Positions 9,128 to 18,115 of a stretch of DNA of 64,000 nt are shown here, piece after piece (within the stretch, counting starts at the first letter, position 1; every line of letters begins with the position of its first letter). The notes beneath the pieces are model-generated. The model saw only the letters and a program-made list of their open reading frames with translations. It did not search any database and had not been told where the DNA came from. The position numbers were made by a program, and so were the translations under genes. The stretch lies in sequence record NC_061444.1; one strand, 5' to 3'.

Positions 9128-10175
9128 TACTCGCGTAATGTCACGCATCGGCAAAATGATCGATGCTGCCCTTGATGTAAAGAATCAAGAGAAGCGCTGG
9201 CCAAAGAAGCGTGTCAGCCCTTCAATGTTTCCTATCTGCGCGATTCAAGAAACTGCCAAACTGATTTACCAGAAGCATAACAACTGCATGACTGGTGAGT
9301 CTGGTACGTTGCTGAACATCTTTGCGAAAGCAGGGACAGGGATGCACGAATCGTTGCAGAACGCTCTGGGACACAGCGGCCAGATGGTTGGTCACTGGAA
9401 ATGTACGAACGAGAAGTGCCCTGAATACCCAAAGACCAAAGGTAAAATGGTTGACGGTAAATATAAGAAGGGCAAGTACACGCGAACTCGCAGCACGAAC
9501 AATCGCTGTCCGTCGTGTGATAAGCCCATGGCATATGCAGAACTCAAAGTCCTGTATAAGTCGCTCAAAGGTTATGTCGATGGTCTGATTGATAATCTTG
9601 ACGGCACGTACAGCCTGATCGATTTGAAATCGACTATGGTGACGAAAGCCGCTGACGGAACATTCTTCGTTAAGTACCACCGCTTTCAGATCGCAACATA
9701 CGCATACCTGCTGAAAAAACGTTACGGCTACAACATCGTGGACTATACCCTAGTTTACGTGCCACGCGACAATCCGAAGAAGTTTGTCGAAAAGACCTTT
9801 GTGTTTGACGAGGCAGAGTCGAAACGTGCGAAAGACTTCATGATGGAACAAATACGCGCATGGGACGCTGCGGTAAAATCGGCGCGTACGGGTGACCTGC
9901 TGCCAGCTATCAAACGTAAGCCGTGCAAGAGCGCCGAGTATTATTGGGACGAGTTCCACGGATATGATACATGCCCTTTTGTTGACTATTGCTTTATTCA
10001 ATCACACATGATTGACTTCATGAAGAAGTTAGAGCAGCGAATCATGGCCAACCCCGACCTGACTTATATGGAGATTGTAAGCACAGGACGGAAAACTCAA
10101 CAACAAGGTCTGCTGCCGGACAAGAAGCCGAAGTCTCAACGTCCGAAGCATATCGTAAAAACATTTGAGCTATGA
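9090..10175 (+). CDS. Cas4/RecB-like PD-(D/E)XK exonuclease
   Basis: GYVDGL...LIDLKS...HRFQIATYAYLL; N-terminal Cys plus C-terminal C...CPFVDYC (Fe-S type). Confidence 0.8.
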   Translation: MRTFANVPARVNDTRVMSRIGKMIDAALDVKNQEKRWPKKRVSPSMFPICAIQETAKLIYQKHNNCMTGESGTLLNIFAKAGTGMHESLQNALGHSGQMVGHWKCTNEKCPEYPKTKGKMVDGKYKKGKYTRTRSTNNRCPSCDKPMAYAELKVLYKSLKGYVDGLIDNLDGTYSLIDLKSTMVTKAADGTFFVKYHRFQIATYAYLLKKRYGYNIVDYTLVYVPRDNPKKFVEKTFVFDEAESKRAKDFMMEQIRAWDAAVKSARTGDLLPAIKRKPCKSAEYYWDEFHGYDTCPFVDYCFIQSHMIDFMKKLEQRIMANPDLTYMEIVSTGRKTQQQGLLPDKKPKSQRPKHIVKTFEL

Positions 10176-10582
10176 GCATACAAAAAGACTATGAACGATC
10201 ACTGCGCCGACTTAAGGAGTCTGTCCATCGCACTGAGCAGCTAGGTTATATTGTGCCTCGCTGCGTTGACGTCGTTCTCTCTAGGGTGAAATCCCCTGAT
10301 CAAGTTGTGTCGAGAAAGTATCTGGTGATGCTGATGCTGTTCAGTCAGTCGTGCGAGAATCTTCGATCAGCCTTGACCATGAGAGAGCAATTGGTTGTCA
10401 AGATGGCTCTACTCAGTCGCAAGCACCCAACGCCAGAGATTCAACGTCGCATTAGACGTCTGGAAGAACTGGTCAATAATCAAGACAGGAATATCGAAAG
10501 CCAGAGACTGTTACTCGATTACAGAGCGAATGTCCTGATTGATATTCTTGACGGTAAAGAACCCAACTCACGATACACTTGA
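10172..10582 (+). CDS. Hypothetical helical protein
   Basis: 136-aa ORF, ATGA-coupled to the upstream gene. Confidence 0.7.
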   Translation: MSIQKDYERSLRRLKESVHRTEQLGYIVPRCVDVVLSRVKSPDQVVSRKYLVMLMLFSQSCENLRSALTMREQLVVKMALLSRKHPTPEIQRRIRRLEELVNNQDRNIESQRLLLDYRANVLIDILDGKEPNSRYT

Positions 10583-10590
10583 GGTGTAAC

Positions 10591-11067
10591 ATGGAAATTT
10601 ATGTAAGCCTGAGCCAAGACTCTACAGACAAGAACCGCAGCAAGGTATCAAGTCCTGAGTCTAACACAGGGCGCGTTGACGTGTCTGATTACGCAAGTCT
10701 CGAAAAGAAACTTCGTCTCACGGAAGAAGCGAAAGACAAAGAGAAACTGGCTCAGAAAGCTGGTGGCGGGGATTCTGTAAAGGGTAAGAAAGGCGCCAAG
10801 AAAAAGGGCGATGACAAACCCGAAGAAGACGATACTGACATTGATACCGACACTGATTCAGATGGAGGCGACGATGATACAGATGACTCTTCCGATGACA
10901 GTGGAGACGGTTCCGATGGAAAGTCTAAAGCTAAGAAAGGTGGAAAGAAATCTGACGACGCTGGAGATGCAGACAACGAAGACGCAGAAGACCCTGACGC
11001 AGACGAACCCGAAAGTGATGACGGGGATGCAGATGCTGAAAGCACTGATGACGAGGACATCGAATAG
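10591..11067 (+). CDS. Asp-rich low-complexity protein, N-terminal MEIYVSLSQD
   Basis: ORF; GAGG RBS. Confidence 0.7.
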   Translation: MEIYVSLSQDSTDKNRSKVSSPESNTGRVDVSDYASLEKKLRLTEEAKDKEKLAQKAGGGDSVKGKKGAKKKGDDKPEEDDTDIDTDTDSDGGDDDTDDSSDDSGDGSDGKSKAKKGGKKSDDAGDADNEDAEDPDADEPESDDGDADAESTDDEDIE

Positions 11068-11563
11068 CGATCCCGTTGATGTGCCGAAGACGCATGATGC
11101 GATGATTGAAGTTCTGATCGCAATTCGCTACATGTGCGTCAAGCGTATGATCTATCCTGTCGTTGCTGCAACAATCGAGCAGAGCAATAACTATCTGGTG
11201 ATGAATAAAGCCTGTCTCCAGATGAAGCCCACCAGCTTCTTTACTGCGCTGCAAGATCCAAACTGTGAAGTGAACTCGCGTTGGTTATTACGTGCGTTCA
11301 CTCGTACAGCGTTGCATTTCGATTTGTTGCCTGTGATTGCAGACAGAAGCGGGGACTTCCAACCGCTTATGGCTCGCTATTTCACTCAGGATGATCCTGA
11401 CTTCGCGTATCGTCGTCAGTATGACATTCGAAACCTGACTCAGCTTACTCAGATTCGTAAGCCGCGAATGTACTTGCTTAATGGAGTTGACTATGGCGTA
11501 CAAATCACTCGCCAAGAAACCGAAGAAGTCCAAAGCCGCCAAAGAGGCGGAGACTCGGACTAA
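11048..11563 (+). CDS. Hypothetical protein
   Basis: C-terminal part of ORF 10811..11563; start uncertain. Confidence 0.6.
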   Translation: MTRTSNSDPVDVPKTHDAMIEVLIAIRYMCVKRMIYPVVAATIEQSNNYLVMNKACLQMKPTSFFTALQDPNCEVNSRWLLRAFTRTALHFDLLPVIADRSGDFQPLMARYFTQDDPDFAYRRQYDIRNLTQLTQIRKPRMYLLNGVDYGVQITRQETEEVQSRQRGGDSD

Positions 11564-12149
11564 GGCGCACAAGCAAGCGAAGCGTGGTAAGCTCGCTCAA
11601 GCAGTGAAGACAATCAGTGCTGCCTCTGCTAAGTCTCGACGCATGACTAAAGGCGAGAAACGCGCAATTCAATTGCAACCGTTCAAGCCGCAAGTTGTGC
11701 CTCAGCCACCGAAAACTCCTCTGATGGAAAAGGGTCTGTCGCTTACTGCGCTGATGCGCTCGACTCCCCGCCTGATGAAAGAGAACGCGATGGAGTGTTA
11801 TGTTAACGGTGTCAAACGCGGTAAGACTAACAAAGGTCTGCCGATGATTATGGCAAACGTTCGACACAAAGATCCACTGCGCCCTAATAAAACAGTGCGC
11901 ATTCACAAGCCGATGATTATCGGTCTGGATGACCCGTTCAAGCCTATTTCAAAACAAAAGCGAGTTCTGGTCAGTTGTCCATGTGAGAACTATGTTTTCA
12001 TGTGGGAGTATGCGAACGCCGAACACGGTTGTGCGCGAATCATTTATGGCAATGGCGAGCCGCCTGACTTCACTAACCCAGGTCACGCACCGGGACTGTG
12101 TAAGCATCTGATGGCCTTAGCTGATCAAGTCAAACGTAACGGAGATTAA
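11493..12149 (+). CDS. SWIM-type Zn-finger protein with basic N-terminus
   Basis: VSCPCE...(x~30)...LCKHL SWIM pattern. Confidence 0.65.
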   Translation: MAYKSLAKKPKKSKAAKEAETRTKAHKQAKRGKLAQAVKTISAASAKSRRMTKGEKRAIQLQPFKPQVVPQPPKTPLMEKGLSLTALMRSTPRLMKENAMECYVNGVKRGKTNKGLPMIMANVRHKDPLRPNKTVRIHKPMIIGLDDPFKPISKQKRVLVSCPCENYVFMWEYANAEHGCARIIYGNGEPPDFTNPGHAPGLCKHLMALADQVKRNGD

Positions 12150-12154
12150 TCTCG

Positions 12155-12436
12155 ATGTTCTTTAACAATCCAGCTCCAGGTGTTATCCCAAACTATCCGA
12201 TTGTGCATTCGATTCAGGAGATGCACCGTCGTGTAGCAGAACTCAATGGTGAGCTTATCGCTGCCGGTTGCACTGTCGTAGAGAACTGCGGTGAGATGTT
12301 GATTGAAGTACCTGCAGGTGCGTCTGCTGTTGTAGACGAAATCATGCAGCGTCATGTTGACATGTTCGCAGGTCCTATCATTAGCGCACCTGCAAGTTTG
12401 CAAGTCGGAGGCGAGGATGCAGAAGCAGAAGTTTAA
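12155..12436 (+). CDS. Hypothetical protein
   Basis: 93-aa ORF with GGAG RBS. Confidence 0.65.
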   Translation: MFFNNPAPGVIPNYPIVHSIQEMHRRVAELNGELIAAGCTVVENCGEMLIEVPAGASAVVDEIMQRHVDMFAGPIISAPASLQVGGEDAEAEV

Positions 12437-12851
12437 TCCGAACGAACCGTACTCAGTATCATTGAGTTTCGGTCCTCATATCGTCCACGGTCACGCAGAA
12501 GAAAGCGCATTCGGTCAGGTCATGCAGAACATGTTGCTGCGTGAAATCAGCAAGACCTGTAAAGAGTCGTTTGACGCAATGGCTGCAACACCTGTAGGCA
12601 TTCAACCCACGTTCGAATGTGAGGAGAATGACGCCAGTTCGATTCTGCGCTGCGTCGAACAGTGGCACAAGCTGATTGCCGACCAACCGCCTGTGCGAGA
12701 GTTTGAGCCGTGTTCTATCCCTGACTGGATGCGACCTAGCCTTCGCTCTCAGGGCATGACTGATGATCAGATCGATAAGATCATTATCACTGGCATTGAA
12801 CCTTCTGTGGTTGATATGCCCGGCGTCGTGTTGAGAACGGTGAGTGCCTAA
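12417..12851 (+). CDS. Hypothetical protein
   Basis: ORF; ATG after GAGG. Confidence 0.6.
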   Translation: MQKQKFNPNEPYSVSLSFGPHIVHGHAEESAFGQVMQNMLLREISKTCKESFDAMAATPVGIQPTFECEENDASSILRCVEQWHKLIADQPPVREFEPCSIPDWMRPSLRSQGMTDDQIDKIIITGIEPSVVDMPGVVLRTVSA

Positions 12852-13066
12852 TGGCATGTGCCGGTTGTGGACGTCGTAGCTCTCGAATCAGCTACAACGC
12901 CAGCTCTGCTCCTCAACTCGAAATCGAAGAGGACGATACGTTAAGCGCTGCGCGTTTAACTCCGATGGGTTGGGTACGCACCTGCGTCAAATGCGGGAAA
13001 GTATCTGAACCTTCACCATTTGCAGAAAACATCAATAAGCCCTGTGACTGCACATTAGACGAGTGA
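12851..13066 (+). CDS. Small Cys-rich protein
   Basis: MACAGCG...CVKCG...PCDC; TAATG coupling. Confidence 0.6.
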   Translation: MACAGCGRRSSRISYNASSAPQLEIEEDDTLSAARLTPMGWVRTCVKCGKVSEPSPFAENINKPCDCTLDE

Positions 13067-13068
13067 TC

Positions 13069-14292
13069 ATGATGAACAATCTCGTTGGCCTTGTGGCCGC
13101 ACTGGACCATTGCCGCTTCTATGCGGAGAACATGGTTCACATTCAATTCGGCAGTTCTCTCTGTGCGGTGCCTCCTGCTGCGCCGTACAATCAACCTATC
13201 AATGAGCGTAGGCTGCACTCGTTAGCTGAAAGCATTGAACTGGCTTTCGACAATGCGATCAGTCGCACTGATTTGGAGTTTCCGATTCAGGGCATTCTCT
13301 ATCGCTTTCGTTCTATCTTCGGCTACTATGTTTCGCAGTGCCGCGAAGACATAGCAAGAGGCAGACCGTACACATCACCTCGGGGAACTCCAGTACCTGC
13401 TGTGCCTGAGCGACTTGCTGGCGAGCATGAGAAAGAGTTCGCCTCGCGTTTCCTCAAGTACACGTCGGATCAAGTGAGCGCGTTCCTGTACATGGTCTGT
13501 CTTGATCAGTACGCGCGTGAGCAAACGGATATGTGGCTGCCTGACCCGGCACCGGCATTCGATTTGCCGAAAGACATTCACAGCGACAACCCTATCGCGT
13601 TCACGACCATGCACAATGTTTTGATCAATCATTTGATGGAAGCGATGTTGCAGACGCATAGCGACACGCTGGACATTCATGTGTCGTTGCGTGACTACGG
13701 GCTGACTGTTCTGTTTCCGCTGGTGGCTGAGTGCCGTAATGTTATTTACGCTGCGTGGCCTGTAATGCGTGGGAGTTTCCGCAAGCCTCGTTTCATGGGT
13801 TGCGGTGAGCATATCGAGATTCCTGACATGGAAGACGATAGCTGTGAGGAAGATTTCGAACCAATCCCTGAGATGGGTCCTATGTTCGAGAATCAGGCGA
13901 AGTGGGAAGACATTGCGAAAAGTGTTGCTGCTGGTCTAGGCCTTACAGCTTCCACCGACGACAGTGATTCTGGCTTTGAACTGATTCCGGATATCTACGC
14001 AAGCGCTGACGACTTTATGTACCGCAGCATATATCGTTACACTGAAAAGTATGTCTTCGATATTGCATTCGTTCCTGCTGACGCGTATCCTGATATGCGT
14101 CACATTCAGGCGCTTCATGAAGCTATGGAGCGTATTCAGAAACACGCGCTTGATTTTAATTGTCACACCATCACGCGTCTTGTTGGGTATAACGGAGAGT
14201 TGAAGACCATGCTGATTCGTGTGCAGCGCAACGTGGACTTCCCGGCCCAGGATTTCGTTATTGAAAATTTACTTGGAGCATTAAATGTCTGA
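13069..14292 (+). CDS. Hypothetical protein; C-terminal domain paralogous to 14285..14818
   Basis: About 407-aa ORF. Confidence 0.75.
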   Translation: MMNNLVGLVAALDHCRFYAENMVHIQFGSSLCAVPPAAPYNQPINERRLHSLAESIELAFDNAISRTDLEFPIQGILYRFRSIFGYYVSQCREDIARGRPYTSPRGTPVPAVPERLAGEHEKEFASRFLKYTSDQVSAFLYMVCLDQYAREQTDMWLPDPAPAFDLPKDIHSDNPIAFTTMHNVLINHLMEAMLQTHSDTLDIHVSLRDYGLTVLFPLVAECRNVIYAAWPVMRGSFRKPRFMGCGEHIEIPDMEDDSCEEDFEPIPEMGPMFENQAKWEDIAKSVAAGLGLTASTDDSDSGFELIPDIYASADDFMYRSIYRYTEKYVFDIAFVPADAYPDMRHIQALHEAMERIQKHALDFNCHTITRLVGYNGELKTMLIRVQRNVDFPAQDFVIENLLGALNV

Positions 14293-14818
14293 TGTTATTC
14301 TGTTTGAAAAGCAAAACGAGTGGGAAGACTTTGGCAGCGCTGTCTACGAAGAATTTCGCCTGAACGTAATGACAGGCAGTAGCAGTGCATCTCAGATCCC
14401 TACGGTCGCTCCGTTCGAAGACGTGAAGCACCAACTCAGCTACTCTAACATCCTGCCGGAAGGTGAGCAATCGCCTATCGTTGTGCTGGACATTCTGGTT
14501 ATGGAAGTTGAGCTGGCTGAAGGTGAATCACGCGACTACGATGCTGACGGTCTCGACGAAGCTGTGCGTAAAGTTGTGGCACTGTATCAGGCTCGTGCTC
14601 GTGACCTCGACTGCCACCTGACTGGTAACTTCATTACAGCAGACCACAAAGTCAACGGCGCTCTGTTGCGTATCTATCGCAATCAGGATTTCGTGTGCAA
14701 AGGTCATCCTGAGTTGCTGCACGGTAAGCCAATCGGCATGTTCCATTGTGACAAGTGCGGTGAAATGCAAATGGCCGGTGCATTCCACTTGCCTAAAGAG
14801 GAAACTCAAAATGGTTAA
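14285..14818 (+). CDS. Hypothetical protein with C-terminal Zn ribbon
   Basis: CKGHPE...GMFHCDKCGEM. Confidence 0.7.
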   Translation: MSDVILFEKQNEWEDFGSAVYEEFRLNVMTGSSSASQIPTVAPFEDVKHQLSYSNILPEGEQSPIVVLDILVMEVELAEGESRDYDADGLDEAVRKVVALYQARARDLDCHLTGNFITADHKVNGALLRIYRNQDFVCKGHPELLHGKPIGMFHCDKCGEMQMAGAFHLPKEETQNG

Positions 14819-15278
14819 AGGCGGGCTGTGGCGCGTCTTCCCTGATTATGATTCAGAGGAGATGCTGTTGAAACTCGGTGCTGCTATCGGCATCGACCGT
14901 GACAGCGATGACGTACCTGACGAACTGCACGTTACGCTGGCCTACGACGAGTCGAACCCTGATGTTAAAGCAGAGCAAAACGATGCTGGTGAGTTCTTCG
15001 CTGTCGTCAACTCTGCTGAACTGTTTGGTGAAGGTCAAGATAAGATTCTGGTACTCGTACTTGAATCACCTGACCTGCAACGCGAACACGCTCGCATTCA
15101 CGCATGTGGTGCTGCTAAGTTTGCGCACTCTCCGTACAGGCCGCACGTCACGTTACTCAAACACGCGAAAGACAGTCAGGCTGAATATCTCAATCAGATA
15201 ATCCAGCACCCAGGCCGTCCACCAATCACTTTGCGCTTCATTGAAGAAGACCGCAAAGTGCTGGAGAAGCGTAGCTAA
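14811..15278 (+). CDS. 2H phosphoesterase, Acb1 (T4 57B)-like
   Basis: Two HxT motifs (LHVTLAY, YRPHVTL) and LVLVLESPDLQREH...GA, matching T4 Acb1 as I recall it. Confidence 0.75.
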   Translation: MVKGGLWRVFPDYDSEEMLLKLGAAIGIDRDSDDVPDELHVTLAYDESNPDVKAEQNDAGEFFAVVNSAELFGEGQDKILVLVLESPDLQREHARIHACGAAKFAHSPYRPHVTLLKHAKDSQAEYLNQIIQHPGRPPITLRFIEEDRKVLEKRS

Positions 15279-15329
15279 ATTCTAGCGGTGGCCCTGTGCT
15301 GCCGCTTTTGTCATTCTGGAGAAATTTCT

Positions 15330-15659
15330 ATGGAAATGTTAGTTAGTCTCTCGCATGAAATCCGTGTTGACCGTCAAGATAGTGCTGATGCGCAAGCACA
15401 GGAGCTGGCACCTACTGATGGTCAGCAACGTGCGCTCGAACTGCAAGAGCAAAAGCGTATCGCAGACGAGTATGGTATCGACACGCCTAAGGACGAGATT
15501 GAAGAAAAAGAGAAGGATCGTATTGAGCGTGAGGAAGACGCTGCTGCTGAACGCAAGATTACGAAGCCTGCTGATTTAGGTCAGCGCAAGCCTATCGAAG
15601 ACAAAGAGCTTACAGCCACCGATATCCAAAATCAGCACGATAGCCTGACAAAGATTTAG
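15330..15659 (+). CDS. Charged hypothetical protein, N-terminal MEMLVSLSHE
   Basis: ORF; GGAG RBS. Confidence 0.7.
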   Translation: MEMLVSLSHEIRVDRQDSADAQAQELAPTDGQQRALELQEQKRIADEYGIDTPKDEIEEKEKDRIEREEDAAAERKITKPADLGQRKPIEDKELTATDIQNQHDSLTKI

Positions 15660-15662
15660 GAA

Positions 15663-15672
15663 TCTGTAAATA
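15663..15672 (+). promoter_or_regulatory. TCTGTAAATA motif upstream of the sigma gene
   Basis: Exact copy 32 nt upstream of ATG 15705. Confidence 0.55.
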
Positions 15673-15704
15673 AGAGTCAAAGCAACTAACAGGTGTATTT
15701 GACC

Positions 15705-16742
15705 ATGAACAATAAGTCGAATCTCACAGGCGGTCAGATAGAAAGCGTCATGGACACCATGCTTCATGACTGCCTCCGTGAGATTGTTGAGAACACCAAC
15801 GTATTTGATGTGCAACTGACCTATCTGTTGAACATGATTACGTCGAATAAGAAGCGCAAGCCGTACAACGCAGAAACGCGTGACCGTGCGATTAGTCTTC
15901 TGATTAAAGCGCTCTCTGTGCCTCGCGATCAAAAAATGATCTACATTCAGGAACTCAAAATGGAGCGTAACTTCATTTATGTGTTTCTGGAAAATGTAAT
16001 TAAACGGTACTACGCGGCTTACGTCGATTTGTATCGGGCATTTATCAGTACGCAAGATCCGATTCGTCGTGACGCGTATTCGAAGCGCCTGAACGTGTAC
16101 GTGAAAATGTTTGGTGCAGAGTCTCGCTCCAAGCTGTTCGTCGCGCTGTGTCGCCTGAACGATTTGCTGCCGCAGTTTATGGAATACTTCCACTCGGTAG
16201 TTGCTGACTTCTATAGACTATGCAGCAAGCAAACAAAATTTTATGTTGATACGAACCGTGGTAAGCTGTATGACAGCAAAGACGTGCGCCAGAACTTCCT
16301 GCGTAACGTCATCGTGGCTATCAACAAGTATGACTCGTCGCGCGGTGCGATTGTGAGTTATACGAAGTGGTGGATCTTGAACGCACAAACCTGTAGTAGT
16401 AGCGAGCATGAATATGGCATCGCGTATACTATCCCACAGACTCAACGTAAGAAACTGGCTACAGGCGAAGACACCACTTCTCTGAATTTCTCGGTAAGTC
16501 TCGATACTCCTGCGAATGAATCTGATGAAGGTGCGGACGCGTCCCTACATCAAAAAGTGAGTGACCATCATCACTTAGAAGATCACGTAGATAGTGAAAG
16601 ACGTACTGAAAAACTGAGACTGCTTATTAAGCGCGTAGACCCTCTCGGCGTTGCTCGTTTAACGATGGACGTTGGTGAGGAGTTCGATAAGTTCGAACTT
16701 GATTTAATGCGTAGACATATGCAAGCTCAAGGGCTAGCCTAA
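15705..16742 (+). CDS. Phage sigma70-family RNA polymerase sigma factor
   Basis: Region 2.3-2.4-like AINKYDSSRGAIVSYTKWWI; region-3-like SVSLDTP; no clear region-4 HTH. Confidence 0.7.
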   Translation: MNNKSNLTGGQIESVMDTMLHDCLREIVENTNVFDVQLTYLLNMITSNKKRKPYNAETRDRAISLLIKALSVPRDQKMIYIQELKMERNFIYVFLENVIKRYYAAYVDLYRAFISTQDPIRRDAYSKRLNVYVKMFGAESRSKLFVALCRLNDLLPQFMEYFHSVVADFYRLCSKQTKFYVDTNRGKLYDSKDVRQNFLRNVIVAINKYDSSRGAIVSYTKWWILNAQTCSSSEHEYGIAYTIPQTQRKKLATGEDTTSLNFSVSLDTPANESDEGADASLHQKVSDHHHLEDHVDSERRTEKLRLLIKRVDPLGVARLTMDVGEEFDKFELDLMRRHMQAQGLA

Positions 16743-16743
16743 A

Positions 16744-16753
16744 ACTGTAAACA
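16744..16753 (+). promoter_or_regulatory. ACTGTAAACA motif variant
   Basis: 39 nt upstream of SSB ATG. Confidence 0.45.
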
Positions 16754-16792
16754 TTGCTCACACAAGAGCGAACTCAATATTGAGGAACAACA

Positions 16793-18058
16793 ATGGCACG
16801 TGGATTTGGTGACATTCAAGACAACAGCAAACGCGATAGTTTGCGCGAGTCGGAAATCTTTGAAATCTTCCCTCTTTCGAAGAAAGCAAACGGCAACTGG
16901 GTTTCAATTCGTCTGCTGAATCTTGACCTGCTTCCAATCAAGAAGCACTGGATCAAGATCATGGGCGGGAAAGACAAAGACAAAGAGATCAAAATCCCGC
17001 GCATGTGCGTTAGCTTCGACCCGGATAATCAGAACAAACCTCTGAACGGTATGAAGTGTCCGTACTGTGGCATTGCTCACGGTAACGACGAATCTGGTGC
17101 GCCAGCGCAGTACGACTATAAGTGGTATGCGCAAGCGATCATTCGTGACGAGCAGGCTGCTGCGCCGCGTAAAATGCCGAAGCTCACTAAGCAAGAGCAG
17201 AAGACCGGCAAGAAAGAAATGGGCAGCGAGGCTTGGACTCCTGTCATGTGTATTCCGCTGTCGAACTCTCTGGCCGGCAAAATCCGCGAACTGGGTGAAC
17301 GTAACATTCATACAGTCAAAGATAAGAAGTCTGGTAAGAAGTCGAAGCAGGCGTTCCAGGTCAACGATGACAAGTACGGTTGTGATATTGAAATCAAATA
17401 CAACCCGAAAAAATCTCCGGCAGAGCGTTACACAATCGAACGTGGTGATCACACGCCACTGACGAAGGAAGAGAAAGAGTACCTGACCTGGGACTTCGAT
17501 AACTGGAACGAAATCTACGACATGCTCGGTCGTCTTGATGAAGCTGCTGCTTTGGCTGACTTCAAGAAGATGGACGTTATCGGTGTCAACACCAACGATG
17601 ATGACGGTGATGACGACGACGATGACGGCGATGATGACATGTCTCTCGGCCGCAAAAAGAAAGGCGGCAAAGCAGACAAGAAAAAACGTCGCAACGACGA
17701 CGATGACGACGACGATGACGACGATGAAGATGATCGTCCTTCGAAGTCCAAGAAGTCAAAAGCGTCCAAGTCTCGTAAGCTGTTAGACGATGACGAAGAC
17801 GATGATGACGACGAAGACGATGAAGATGATCGTCCGTCCAAGAAAAAGAAATCTTCGAAGGACAAAAAGTCCTCGAAGGTTAAGTCGAAGAAGTCTAAGA
17901 AGTCGGACGATGAGGACGACGACGAAGACGACGCACCTAAGAAGAAGAAAAAGAAATCTTCTGACAAGGTGAAATCATCCGATAAGAAGAAAAACAAAAA
18001 GTCTTCTGATGACGATGACGACGACGCTCCGAAGAAGAAGAAAAAGAAAAAGAAGTAA
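16793..18058 (+). CDS. gp32-like single-stranded DNA-binding protein with long Asp/Lys block tail
   Basis: IRLL...HW...C..C...Y...I and YGCDIEIK..Y pattern of T4-gp32-like SSBs; adjacent to recA; about 150-aa D/K tail. Confidence 0.6.
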   Translation: MARGFGDIQDNSKRDSLRESEIFEIFPLSKKANGNWVSIRLLNLDLLPIKKHWIKIMGGKDKDKEIKIPRMCVSFDPDNQNKPLNGMKCPYCGIAHGNDESGAPAQYDYKWYAQAIIRDEQAAAPRKMPKLTKQEQKTGKKEMGSEAWTPVMCIPLSNSLAGKIRELGERNIHTVKDKKSGKKSKQAFQVNDDKYGCDIEIKYNPKKSPAERYTIERGDHTPLTKEEKEYLTWDFDNWNEIYDMLGRLDEAAALADFKKMDVIGVNTNDDDGDDDDDDGDDDMSLGRKKKGGKADKKKRRNDDDDDDDDDDEDDRPSKSKKSKASKSRKLLDDDEDDDDDEDDEDDRPSKKKKSSKDKKSSKVKSKKSKKSDDEDDDEDDAPKKKKKKSSDKVKSSDKKKNKKSSDDDDDDAPKKKKKKKK

Positions 18059-18066
18059 TCTGAAAC

Positions 18067-18096
18067 AGGGTGGCTAACGCCGCCCTTTCTTCTCTC
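18067..18096 (+). terminator. Intrinsic terminator
   Basis: AGGGTGGC-TAAC-GCCGCCCT followed by pyrimidine run. Confidence 0.55.
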
Positions 18097-18115
18097 TAAT
18101 CTGGACTATCCAACA

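Noticed and set aside
9090-10175. CRISPR-Cas locus implied by the Cas4-like gene
   Set aside because: No other cas genes or array; the context is replication and recombination.
17590-18055. GAC/GAA/AAG trinucleotide runs as DNA repeat elements (also 59770-59890)
   Set aside because: They are explained by Asp, Glu and Lys homopolymers in coding sequence, with synonymous variation.
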